64,000 bases of DNA from positions 450,273 to 514,272 of the forward strand of contig CAWEAQ010000001.1 in NCBI GenBank assembly GCA_963807205.1, written 5' to 3'. Below the pieces are notes generated by a model. That model did no database searches. It was not told the DNA's origin and was given only the letters and a program-made list of their open reading frames with translations. The translations under genes and the position numbers were made by a program. This DNA comes from an uncultured Solibacteraceae bacterium. GTDB lineage: Bacteria; Acidobacteriota; Terriglobia; Bryobacterales; Bryobacteraceae. Positions 27,437 through 35,968 of this stretch are shown here, piece after piece; the stretch's first letter is position 1; each line of letters starts with the position of its first letter.

Positions 27437-29539
27437 ATGGCCACTCCCGTTCCAACCCAACTGACGGTCGACAAGGGTTCGCCGCATCCCCTCGGCGCGA
27501 CCGTGACGCCGGAGGGCGTCAATTTTTCGCTGTTCTCGGAAAATGCGACCGGCGTGGAATTGCTGTTGTTCGCATCGAGCCAGTCGGCGCAACCGGATCG
27601 GACCATCCGCCTGGACCCGTACGTCAACAAGACATTCCATTTCTGGCACGTATTCGTGCGCGGCATCGGCCCTGGGGCGCATTACGCTTACCGGGTGGAC
27701 GGGCCTTCCAATCCTGAAGCTGGCCATCGCTTCAACCGCAACAAGGTCCTGATCGATCCCTACGCCCGCGCCAATGCCAACAACCTGTGGCAGCGTGTCG
27801 CGGCCTGCGGTCCCGACGACAACGTGGCGGCCTCCATGCGCTCCATCGTCATCGACCCTTCCGGCTACGATTGGGAAGGCGACCGGCCGCTCAATCAGCC
27901 CACCGAGAACGCGGTTGTTTATGAGATGCACGTGCGCGGCTTCACGCGCAGCCCTTCCTCGGCCGTGCGGCATCCGGGGACGTTCTCGGGGATTATCGAG
28001 AAGATTCCGTATCTGAAGAGCCTCGGCGTTACGGCTGTGGAACTGCTGCCGGTGTTTGACTTCGACGAAACCGCCGTGCAGCACGTGGTGGACGGCAAGG
28101 AACTGCGCAATTACTGGGGGTACAGCACGGTGGGATTCTTCGCGCCCCAGTCCTCTTACTGCGTGAGCCCCGAGCGCGGCAGCCATTTGCGGGAATTCCG
28201 CGACCTGGTGAAGGCGCTGCACAAGGCCGGCATTGACCTGGTCCTGGATGTCGTATTCAATCACACCGACGAAGGCAACCAGCTTGGACCTACTTTTTCT
28301 TTCCGCGGCATCGACAACCGTACTTACTATTTCCTGGTGCCCTGGGACTTACAGTACTATATGGACTTTTCGGGATGCGGCAACACATTCAACTGCAATC
28401 ACCCGATCGCCCAGAAGCTCATCGTCGAGTGCCTGCGTTACTGGGTGCGGGAAGCGCACGTGGATGGTTTCCGCTTCGATGAGGGGTCCATCCTATCGCG
28501 CGGCGAGGATGGCATGCCGAGCGCCCATCCGCCGGTGGTATGGCAGATCGAACTGGATGACGAGCTGGCGGATGCGAAGGTGATTGCCGAGGCCTGGGAC
28601 GCCGCCGGCCTCTACCAGATCGGCCACTTCCCCGGCGACCGCTGGGTGGAGTGGAACGGCCTGTATCGCGACACCATGCGCCGCTTCGTCAAGAGCGACC
28701 CGGGCGTAATTGGGGCGGTGGCCTCCCGCCTGGCAGGGAGCGCCGACATATACCAGCAGCGCGGCCAATTGCCCATCAACAGCGTCAACTTCGTCACTTG
28801 TCATGACGGTTTCACCCTCAACGACCTGGTGAGTTACAACCAGAAACACAACGACGCCAACGGCGAGGGAAACCGCGACGGCATCAACGATAACCTTGGC
28901 TGGAACTGCGGCGCCGAGGGCGAGTCTTCCGACCCCGCCGTTGACGCGCTTCGCAACCGCCAGGTGCGCAACTTCGCGGCCATTTTGATGCTCTCCCGCG
29001 GCGTGCCCATGTTCGTCGCCGGGGACGAAGTGCGGCGCACGCAGGGCGGTAATAACAACGCCTACTGCCAGGACAACGAGACTAACTGGTTCGATTGGAC
29101 GCTGGTAGACAAGAACCGCGACTTACTGCGCTTCTGGCAGCGTATGATCGAGTTCCGCCGCAACCACCCCGCCCTGCGCCAGCGGCACTTCTTCTGCGGA
29201 GCGGTGAACGATCGCGGCTTGGCCGACGTGACGTGGCACGGCACCAAACTCGGGAGCCCCGCCTGGGACAGTCCCGACGCCCGCACGCTGGCCATGACGC
29301 TGGGCGGCTTTGACGGCGCTCCTGACATCCACGTCATGATGAACATGCACTGGGACGCGTTGGATTTCGAGTTACCCGCCGTGCCCGGCCGCCGCTGGCT
29401 ACGGGCCGTAGACACCTCATTAGCTCCGCCATTCGATATCGCCGATCCCGGTGCCGAAACGCCGCTTTCGGGCGCAACTTACTTCGCCCAGGGCCGCAGC
29501 GTGGTGGTGTTGATTAACTGCGCCGATCCACAGGCGTAG
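27437..29539 (+). CDS. glgX: glycogen debranching enzyme GlgX (GH13)
   Basis: N-terminus is GSPHPLGATVTPEGVNFSLFSENATGVELLLF. GH13 blocks are DVVFNHT, GFRFDEGS, IAEAWD and FVTCHDGFTLND. Confidence 0.92.
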   Translation: MATPVPTQLTVDKGSPHPLGATVTPEGVNFSLFSENATGVELLLFASSQSAQPDRTIRLDPYVNKTFHFWHVFVRGIGPGAHYAYRVDGPSNPEAGHRFNRNKVLIDPYARANANNLWQRVAACGPDDNVAASMRSIVIDPSGYDWEGDRPLNQPTENAVVYEMHVRGFTRSPSSAVRHPGTFSGIIEKIPYLKSLGVTAVELLPVFDFDETAVQHVVDGKELRNYWGYSTVGFFAPQSSYCVSPERGSHLREFRDLVKALHKAGIDLVLDVVFNHTDEGNQLGPTFSFRGIDNRTYYFLVPWDLQYYMDFSGCGNTFNCNHPIAQKLIVECLRYWVREAHVDGFRFDEGSILSRGEDGMPSAHPPVVWQIELDDELADAKVIAEAWDAAGLYQIGHFPGDRWVEWNGLYRDTMRRFVKSDPGVIGAVASRLAGSADIYQQRGQLPINSVNFVTCHDGFTLNDLVSYNQKHNDANGEGNRDGINDNLGWNCGAEGESSDPAVDALRNRQVRNFAAILMLSRGVPMFVAGDEVRRTQGGNNNAYCQDNETNWFDWTLVDKNRDLLRFWQRMIEFRRNHPALRQRHFFCGAVNDRGLADVTWHGTKLGSPAWDSPDARTLAMTLGGFDGAPDIHVMMNMHWDALDFELPAVPGRRWLRAVDTSLAPPFDIADPGAETPLSGATYFAQGRSVVVLINCADPQA

Positions 29540-30179
29540 CCATCTTCTGGATAGTGATGCCGCCGATGCCCACGCGCAAGTGGAGACGCTTGGCGGGCGC
29601 CGGCTTGCTTTCGACGGGGAACTCGGAGTACACGCCACCCAAGCGGCAGTGGGCGTCCAGCGAGTACTGCCCGGCTTCCGGCAGTTGCATCACGATCTCG
29701 CCGGTGCCGACAGACGCCTCGATCGCGCCCGAAACATCGTAAACCACCACATCGCCACCTGTGTGGCGGATGGCCAGCCGGGAGTCGCGGGGCACGCGAA
29801 TGCGGTAGTCCATCTGAACGTCCGGCCGGCAGTGCCCCGCACGCGCCCAGAAGCCGCGCTTCGGGAAGGCCGTGCGGATGGCCAGTTCGCCGGCGCCCTT
29901 GCGCTCGGCCGTCACCTTGGTAGAGTTCAACTGCCGCGCCACCAAGTCGCGCTCCCGCGGCGTATCCGGCCGAAAGGTGGTCCGCGCGACCACGATCTCG
30001 ACTTCGGCGCGGTCCCACCCTTCGATATTCAGTTGGCCAACCGAACCGCCCACGTCAATGGCGCCGCCGGAAGCGAATTCCACATGATCGGTGGTGACTA
30101 CAGACATGTCCGCTTTGGGCTCCTTAGCCACCAGCGGCAGACATACTGCAATCGCGGCCACAGCCAGTCTTCGAGTCAT
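29514..30179 (-). CDS. secreted DUF4097-like (putative adhesin-fold) protein
   Basis: Signal peptide is MTRRLAVAAIAVCLPLVA. Repeated beta-strand pattern: ..GGAIDVGGSVGQLNIEGWDRAEVEIVV.. ..HTGGDVVVYDVSGAIEASVGTGEIVM... It lies 52 nt downstream of the VWA gene on the same strand. The family call is weak. Confidence 0.55.
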   Translation of the reverse strand: MTRRLAVAAIAVCLPLVAKEPKADMSVVTTDHVEFASGGAIDVGGSVGQLNIEGWDRAEVEIVVARTTFRPDTPRERDLVARQLNSTKVTAERKGAGELAIRTAFPKRGFWARAGHCRPDVQMDYRIRVPRDSRLAIRHTGGDVVVYDVSGAIEASVGTGEIVMQLPEAGQYSLDAHCRLGGVYSEFPVESKPAPAKRLHLRVGIGGITIQKMATPVDRRS

Positions 30180-30231
30180 CTTCGGACCCTCCCGGCATCT
30201 ATGATCGCACGGGCCGAAGCGGGCCCCGGTC

Positions 30232-32331
30232 TTACGGCAGCACCACCATGGGCCCGCGCCACGCCGCCATTTTCTGCGCCCCCGGCTGCACCACTGTCAC
30301 CTGGCACGTGTAGCGCCCCGGCTGCAGCGACGCCAGCGGCACGCTAAACCGCACTGGCACGGCCTTGGACTTCGCGTTCAGCCCGTCGAACACCTTCAGC
30401 GGTTCGGTCTCGAACGCCTTCACGCCGCCCAGGAAGAAGCCTACGGTTGCCACCATGGCCTGCGTCTTTTCGGCACCCGGCTGGTAGGCCTCCAGGTAAA
30501 CGTACATCTCCTGGTCCTTGCGGAAGACGCGGGTCACGCTGGGCACCAGCTTCTGGTCGTCCTGCACCAGCGGGTTGGCGGCGATCAGCTTCTTGTTCTT
30601 CTCCGCGTTCGCAACCGCCTCGGAGACCTTCTCGCGCTGGTAACTCAACACCACCGAACTGATAGGCAGGCGCTTGGTTTCGGTGGTCAAGTCCGGCACC
30701 GTGAACTTAGTCTCGAAGGTGCCCATCTTGCCCGTCTCGTTATCCCGCGCCAGGAACTTCAACGTGTACGAGCCGGGCTGCAGGGTGAAGCCGGTGTCGT
30801 ATTCCAGGTTCTTCTTGGTAAGCTGGCCGGAGTTCTCGCCCTTCAGCTTCACGGTGATCTCGTCGCGCACCGTGCCCGCCAGCATGTTGCGGGCGTCGCG
30901 GATTTCGCCGATGAAATCCAGACGCGTGCTCTCGGCGCCGCCGCGCCGCGCCAGTTCGATGTCGCCGCCCGGGATCTTGACCGAAACCGGCACGAAGTAG
31001 CGGTCCTTAGCCTGGCGGAAATAGTCGATCTCCAGCGCCAGCGTGAGGTCGGTCACCGGATCTTCCAGCATCAGCGCTTCCTGCAACTGGCGCTCGCGGT
31101 CCTGCGAGGTGAACTGCTTGAATTGCTTGGAAGCGAAATAGCCGCTGCGATAATCCAGCTTGGCCGACAGGTTACTCTTGATCTGCACTTTGATGCGCCG
31201 GTAGCGCCCGTCGAGAGCCGTGTTGCCGCTGTAGTAACCCAGAATGTAATAACTGGCGATGTCTTTCTGCGCCTGCACAATCCCGGCCGAAAGGTCGTTG
31301 TTATCCAGCAGCGCCTTACCGCCGGTGTCGGACGCCAGCGTAGTCAGGCTGTCCTGCTGGCTCTGGAAAGCCGCCTGCCCGCTGCGCATGGAACTGCCCG
31401 AGTACATGCCCTGGCCGCCCTGCGAAGCCTGTGTAGCGTCGCCCGATGGCGCCTGGGCCACCAGGCCGCGCGCATCCACCGGGTAGAACGCCACGTTGCC
31501 GCGGATGGCGGCGTTGACCGTGGCGCGAAGCTGCGCCTGGTTATCGATGCCGGTCAAAGTCATGCCGCTCGCGAAGTAGACCAGCGCCTTCTTTTCGGGC
31601 AATCCGCCGAGCATCTTCACCGCCGATTCCAGCGCGGCCAGCTTGCGGTCGGTGTTGAATATGTTGAACTCGCTATCGTCCTGGGTGTACGCCGCGCCGG
31701 TGTCGCCCTCGGAATCGCTGCCCGTCGAGCCGTTGGACATGCCCACGTCGCCGATGGGGATGGCCTTGATCACCTTGACGAGTTGGTCGCGGTCGCCGGT
31801 GAAGTCCTGTAGCACCGCCAGGTCGGTCGCGTAAGTCATCACGGCGACCAGGTCGGATTGCGAGATCTGGGTATTGAGAAACTGCAAGGCCGACTGTTGC
31901 GCGCGGAGTTGTTCGGCCACGGCCATCCCCGCGCGGTCGAAGAACAGCACCAGCAGGCGGCGGTCCTTGTACTTGATCTCGCCGTTTTTTGCCGGAGCGA
32001 TTGACGAAGCGACGGCCGCCTTCACCACGGGCGCCGCTTCGGCCTCCCGCCGCTCCAGGGCCGGCGCCGCGGCGGGCAGCGGTGTGTCGTCCATCTGCTG
32101 GTACTCGAATACCTTGATGACCTGCGGCTTCCCGTCTTCGGTGACGGTGAAGTCGGTGGCCGCCAGGCCAGTCAGCGGCTCACCGCTCTTGGTCTTGGCC
32201 GCCACATTGACCACGACGAGTTGGGTGGTGGTCTGGAATTGCACCACGCTCTTAGGTGCGGCGGGCGGCGCCACCTGTTGTGCCGCCAGCGTGAGTTGCG
32301 CCGCGAGAAACGTACTAATAATGGCTTTCAT
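30232..32331 (-). CDS. secreted VWA-domain protein, acidobacterial VWFA-related type
   Basis: A signal peptide is followed by the motif FQTTTQLVVVNVAAKTKSGEPLTGLAATDFTVTEDGKPQVIKVF. VWA core is RRLLVLFFDRAG..ALVYFASG... It is downstream of the receptor-like gene on the same strand. Confidence 0.85.
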   Translation of the reverse strand: MKAIISTFLAAQLTLAAQQVAPPAAPKSVVQFQTTTQLVVVNVAAKTKSGEPLTGLAATDFTVTEDGKPQVIKVFEYQQMDDTPLPAAAPALERREAEAAPVVKAAVASSIAPAKNGEIKYKDRRLLVLFFDRAGMAVAEQLRAQQSALQFLNTQISQSDLVAVMTYATDLAVLQDFTGDRDQLVKVIKAIPIGDVGMSNGSTGSDSEGDTGAAYTQDDSEFNIFNTDRKLAALESAVKMLGGLPEKKALVYFASGMTLTGIDNQAQLRATVNAAIRGNVAFYPVDARGLVAQAPSGDATQASQGGQGMYSGSSMRSGQAAFQSQQDSLTTLASDTGGKALLDNNDLSAGIVQAQKDIASYYILGYYSGNTALDGRYRRIKVQIKSNLSAKLDYRSGYFASKQFKQFTSQDRERQLQEALMLEDPVTDLTLALEIDYFRQAKDRYFVPVSVKIPGGDIELARRGGAESTRLDFIGEIRDARNMLAGTVRDEITVKLKGENSGQLTKKNLEYDTGFTLQPGSYTLKFLARDNETGKMGTFETKFTVPDLTTETKRLPISSVVLSYQREKVSEAVANAEKNKKLIAANPLVQDDQKLVPSVTRVFRKDQEMYVYLEAYQPGAEKTQAMVATVGFFLGGVKAFETEPLKVFDGLNAKSKAVPVRFSVPLASLQPGRYTCQVTVVQPGAQKMAAWRGPMVVLP

Positions 32332-32379
32332 GATGTCGCTCCCAAGGAAACGCGTTTCAAATCGCCGCGGCCAAATTCC

Positions 32380-32462
32380 CTGCCTCGGGCCGCTCGCTTA
32401 CGCTCGCGGTTCTGTGTGGCCCGCCCCCGGAACCGCGAGCGTAAGCGAGCGGCCCGAGGCAG
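32380..32462. repeat. perfect 33-bp inverted repeat with 17-nt loop (very stable hairpin) between receptor-like and VWA genes
   Basis: Left arm 32380-32412 is CTGCCTCGGGCCGCTCGCTTACGCTCGCGGTTC. Right arm 32430-32462 is its exact reverse complement. No clear U-tract follows on either strand. Confidence 0.85.
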
Positions 32463-32489
32463 ATGAACCTATCCCACGCGGTCACGTTA

Positions 32490-35400
32490 CTAAAACCGAA
32501 ACCGCAGACTCATAGTGATCTTCCGCATGGCCGACGCGTTCGTCGCCATGCCGTAAGTGCTCGACCCCAGCACCGTGCCCCAACCGGTGATAGTCACCCG
32601 ATTGAGCGTGTTCTGGCTCTGCGCCTGGAAGTCCACGCTGTGCCGCTCCCCGAACCGGAACACGCGGCTGAGCGATCCGTCCAGCGAGAATATGGCCGGC
32701 CCCGGAATAGTGTCTCGCCCCGCGTCGCCCCACTCGCCCGTTGGCGGCGTGCCGAAAGCCGCGGTGTTGAACGTCTGCCCGGCGCCCGCGATCGAAAGAC
32801 CCGTGGCTTCGGCGCGCAGCGTGGTCCCTGCCGCCGTCCCGCTCACCTGCGAGTTACTGCCGCCCACGGTCGCGGTGGACGGGTTGCCGGAATGAGCGTT
32901 CAGCGTGGCGCTCACGGTCCAATCCTTCACCACCGCGCCCTTCCAGCCGCTCAGCAGCGTGCCGCCGCCTAAGCCCATGCCGCTCGAGTACTGCAGGTTC
33001 AGGCTGAGGTTGTGCCGGTTGTCGAAGCTCGAGAGTGCCCGCTCGGCGGAAAGGTCCAGCCAGTTCTGCGCCAGCGGCGTGTTGCCCTGGCCGCGGCCTC
33101 CGGTGCCGGCATCGTCGATGGATTTCGAGAACTGGTACGATGCCCGCCACGTGAATCCGCTATGGAACCGCCGGTTCAACTGGAACTGCGCGGCGTGGTA
33201 GATGGAATCGCCGCCGGATGTCTCGTAGGTGTAGCCGTGGGGGTAGAGCGATACCGCCGCACCCGGCGCCACCGAGTTAGGAACGAACTGCTGGTCCAGC
33301 CGCGTTCCCTTGGTGCCCAGGTAACCTACGGTTGCGAACATGGACAGCGGCAGATCGTGCTGCACGGTGAGGTTCCAGGTCTGCGCATAGCCCACGCGGT
33401 AGTCGGGATCGACCGCATAAGTGCTTGTGTTCGATAGCGCCGTTGCGCCGGAGAAGCCGTTCTGCAACGTCAGTGGACTGGCCGCCGATCCTGTCACGCT
33501 CAGCGTCTCGGCAAACGGCGGCTGCTGCGCCATGTTACCGGCGATGATGTTATATACCGACGAGTTATAATAAGTTCCGTAACCCACACGCACCACCAGC
33601 GATCCTTTAGCGAGCGGCCGCCACGCAATGCCCAGGCGGGGCGCGAAGTTGTTGCGGTCGGGGTTAATGAGCGCTCCCGGCAAGCCCGCCTGTCCCGGCT
33701 CGACCGCGTTCGCCGAGGAGTAGCCCGGCCCGATGGCCAGGTTCACCAGCCGGTTGTAGATCTCGGTCATCGGAGTGGCGCACTCCCACCGCAAGCCCAG
33801 CACCACGCTGAAGCGCTTGGAAATGCGCCAGTCATCGTTCACATACCAATCCGAAGTGGAACCGCGGAAATACTTATCCGCGTTGCCGTAGCGGACGGAG
33901 GCCGAGGTAGGCGTGCCCAGCAGAAAGTCGGCCAAGTCGTAGCCGGTGCCGGTTTGCGCCGCGCCGTTCACCATCAGGCTGGTGGCCTGCCCGTCGAAGG
34001 AGTAACTGCCGCGGCCGTTGGAATCCGACAGTTGGTTGGATTGCTGCCGCCGGTAATCCGCGCCGAAGCTCAAGTTATGGATGCCGCGGACCCAGGTCAG
34101 GCTATCTCCAAGGGCGCCGGTCTGCGTGCGGTTCAGAGAGTAGTTCCCGTCGCTGAGGCCGCCGTAATTGGTGAAGCTCAGGTTCGGCGGACCCCAGTTC
34201 CACGGGCTCTGCGAAGTCCCCGTAATACCCAGGTTGGCTGCCACGTCGTTCTTGTCCGCGAAGTACGGCTCCGAGAGTTGCCGCATGCGGCTGAAGGTAT
34301 ATTGCAGACTGTTCGTCGCCTTGGCGGTGATGGTGTGCGACCACGACAGGTTGGCGTTCAAGCCGCTGCCGCTGCCCGTGTCGTCGAACAGGAACATGTT
34401 GGGACTGACGCTGGAGCTGGTTTGGTATCCTACGCCCGCGTTGAGGCGATCCTTCTTACCAAGTTGGATATTCGAGAGACGCGCGTTCAGATTCTGCGAC
34501 TTATTCAGCCCGTTCATCCCCACCTGGTAATTCTGCGAAACGGATGGCAGGTTGGGCGAGGGAAAGTAACCCAGCAGGGCAAGCGCCGTGGGATTGATGC
34601 GGCTGGCTGGAATCCGGCTGCCCGCGAAGGGCAGGCCGGTCGTGAGGTCGTAGATGCCGACCGGGGAGCCCAGCACAGTGGTTTGCGAGAAGTCGCCGCT
34701 GCGTTCGAGCGCGGTCGGCATGTTCACCGGGTTCGACGTGCTGCCGGTGCGGTTGCGCTGGAACTCGTAGTTGACCATCAGGTTGATGTGCTTGTTCGTG
34801 CTGACAAGTTTGGGGATCTGCAGCGGGCCGCCAAACGTCAGGCCACCGCGTCCCGTGGCGTAAGCCGGCTTGGCAATGCTATGGCCGGTGACGGAATACG
34901 ACTGCGCGTCCCAGACGGAGTTATCCAGGCTGAAATTGGCGCTCAGCATGTACATATTGCGTGGGTCCCTGCGGTTGTTGCCGAAAGCCCGCGCGTTGGC
35001 CATGCCCATCCATGGCGGCATACCGGGAGGTGGCCCGCCCGCCATGCCGCCTGGAGGTCCACCGCCAGGGCCGCCACCACCAGGGCCGCCGCCTGCCCCG
35101 GCCATCGCCATGCCCGGCCCGCCCATCCCGCCGCCGGAAGGTCCACCGCCGCCCGGAGGCCCGCCGCCCATGCCGCCACGACCGCCGCCCGCGATCGCAA
35201 CTCCTCCGGGACCGTCGGTTCCCGGACCGCCGGGTCCGCCCGGACCAGCCATTGCCATACCCATCGCCATACCCATGCCCGGCCCGCCCATCCCGCCGCC
35301 CGGAGGCCCCCAATCGTTCATGCCGCCCATGCCCACGGCGGTGCTCATGCTGCCCTGCACGATGAAGGAATTGGCGGAACTCTGCGTCAGGTCGGCAATC

Positions 35401-35876
35401 TCTTCGGTCTTAAGCTGCGGGGCGCCCGCCGTGGCCGTGGCCATGGACGCCGCGTCGGTGGCTTGGCTCACGCCCATGCGCCGGAAGGCCGGCCGCCCGG
35501 CCGCGGCTGCTGGTGCGCCCGGCGCTCCTCCGCCCAGGCTGGCCAGCAGCGCGCTCTCCGAGAGGAACTTCATCTCCCACCGCGGCGCGGGCGCATCGGG
35601 CGCCACGCCCACTTCTTGGGTGAGAGTTTCGAAGCCCAGCATGCGGATCTCGAACGTCCACACGCCGTCCGCCAGATCCGCGAACCGGAACGCTCCGCCA
35701 TCGCCGGTGGTGGCTGCCACCTTGGCCTCGCCCTTCGTGGCCGTGACGGTTGCGCCCGGCAGCGGCAGCCCGCCGGCCTGGACGGTTCCGCGGTATTCGG
35801 CGGCCATGAGCGTGGCGCCGGCCAGCCAGAGGGCGGCCATGCGCGCGATGAGAGTGCGAGTTGGTTTGGCGGACAT
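32490..35876 (-). CDS. Oar-like TonB-dependent-receptor-family outer-membrane protein with Gly/Pro/Met-rich insert
   Basis: Signal peptide, then CarboxypepD_reg-like N-terminus (YRGTVQAGGLPLPGATVTATKGEAKVAATTGDGGAFRFADLADGVWTFEI). A low-complexity G/P/M region of about 115 aa follows. The long barrel ends in ..KITMSLRFRF (terminal aromatic). Confidence 0.85.
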   Translation of the reverse strand: MSAKPTRTLIARMAALWLAGATLMAAEYRGTVQAGGLPLPGATVTATKGEAKVAATTGDGGAFRFADLADGVWTFEIRMLGFETLTQEVGVAPDAPAPRWEMKFLSESALLASLGGGAPGAPAAAAGRPAFRRMGVSQATDAASMATATAGAPQLKTEEIADLTQSSANSFIVQGSMSTAVGMGGMNDWGPPGGGMGGPGMGMAMGMAMAGPGGPGGPGTDGPGGVAIAGGGRGGMGGGPPGGGGPSGGGMGGPGMAMAGAGGGPGGGGPGGGPPGGMAGGPPPGMPPWMGMANARAFGNNRRDPRNMYMLSANFSLDNSVWDAQSYSVTGHSIAKPAYATGRGGLTFGGPLQIPKLVSTNKHINLMVNYEFQRNRTGSTSNPVNMPTALERSGDFSQTTVLGSPVGIYDLTTGLPFAGSRIPASRINPTALALLGYFPSPNLPSVSQNYQVGMNGLNKSQNLNARLSNIQLGKKDRLNAGVGYQTSSSVSPNMFLFDDTGSGSGLNANLSWSHTITAKATNSLQYTFSRMRQLSEPYFADKNDVAANLGITGTSQSPWNWGPPNLSFTNYGGLSDGNYSLNRTQTGALGDSLTWVRGIHNLSFGADYRRQQSNQLSDSNGRGSYSFDGQATSLMVNGAAQTGTGYDLADFLLGTPTSASVRYGNADKYFRGSTSDWYVNDDWRISKRFSVVLGLRWECATPMTEIYNRLVNLAIGPGYSSANAVEPGQAGLPGALINPDRNNFAPRLGIAWRPLAKGSLVVRVGYGTYYNSSVYNIIAGNMAQQPPFAETLSVTGSAASPLTLQNGFSGATALSNTSTYAVDPDYRVGYAQTWNLTVQHDLPLSMFATVGYLGTKGTRLDQQFVPNSVAPGAAVSLYPHGYTYETSGGDSIYHAAQFQLNRRFHSGFTWRASYQFSKSIDDAGTGGRGQGNTPLAQNWLDLSAERALSSFDNRHNLSLNLQYSSGMGLGGGTLLSGWKGAVVKDWTVSATLNAHSGNPSTATVGGSNSQVSGTAAGTTLRAEATGLSIAGAGQTFNTAAFGTPPTGEWGDAGRDTIPGPAIFSLDGSLSRVFRFGERHSVDFQAQSQNTLNRVTITGWGTVLGSSTYGMATNASAMRKITMSLRFRF

Positions 35877-35941
35877 GTTCTGGATCCTTACAACTGGGAA
35901 GGTGCCATCCGCCCGCCGATAGTTTCCCGCCAGGGGCCATC

Positions 35942-35959
35942 CTTAACGTTCTTAACGTT
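35942..35959. promoter_or_regulatory. tandem 9-bp direct repeat CTTAACGTT x2 in the divergent promoter region (candidate response-regulator operator)
   Basis: Read directly: ..ccatcCTTAACGTTCTTAACGTTgtctttacgATG. It lies 10 nt upstream of kinase ATG 35969 and 66 nt from the receptor-like gene start 35876. Each unit contains the palindrome AACGTT. Confidence 0.4.
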
Positions 35960-35968
35960 GTCTTTACG

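Noticed and set aside
29514-29539. 26-nt overlap of the convergent glgX and DUF4097-like gene ends
   Set aside because: Short 3'-3' overlaps are common in compact high-GC genomes. Nothing here suggests regulation.
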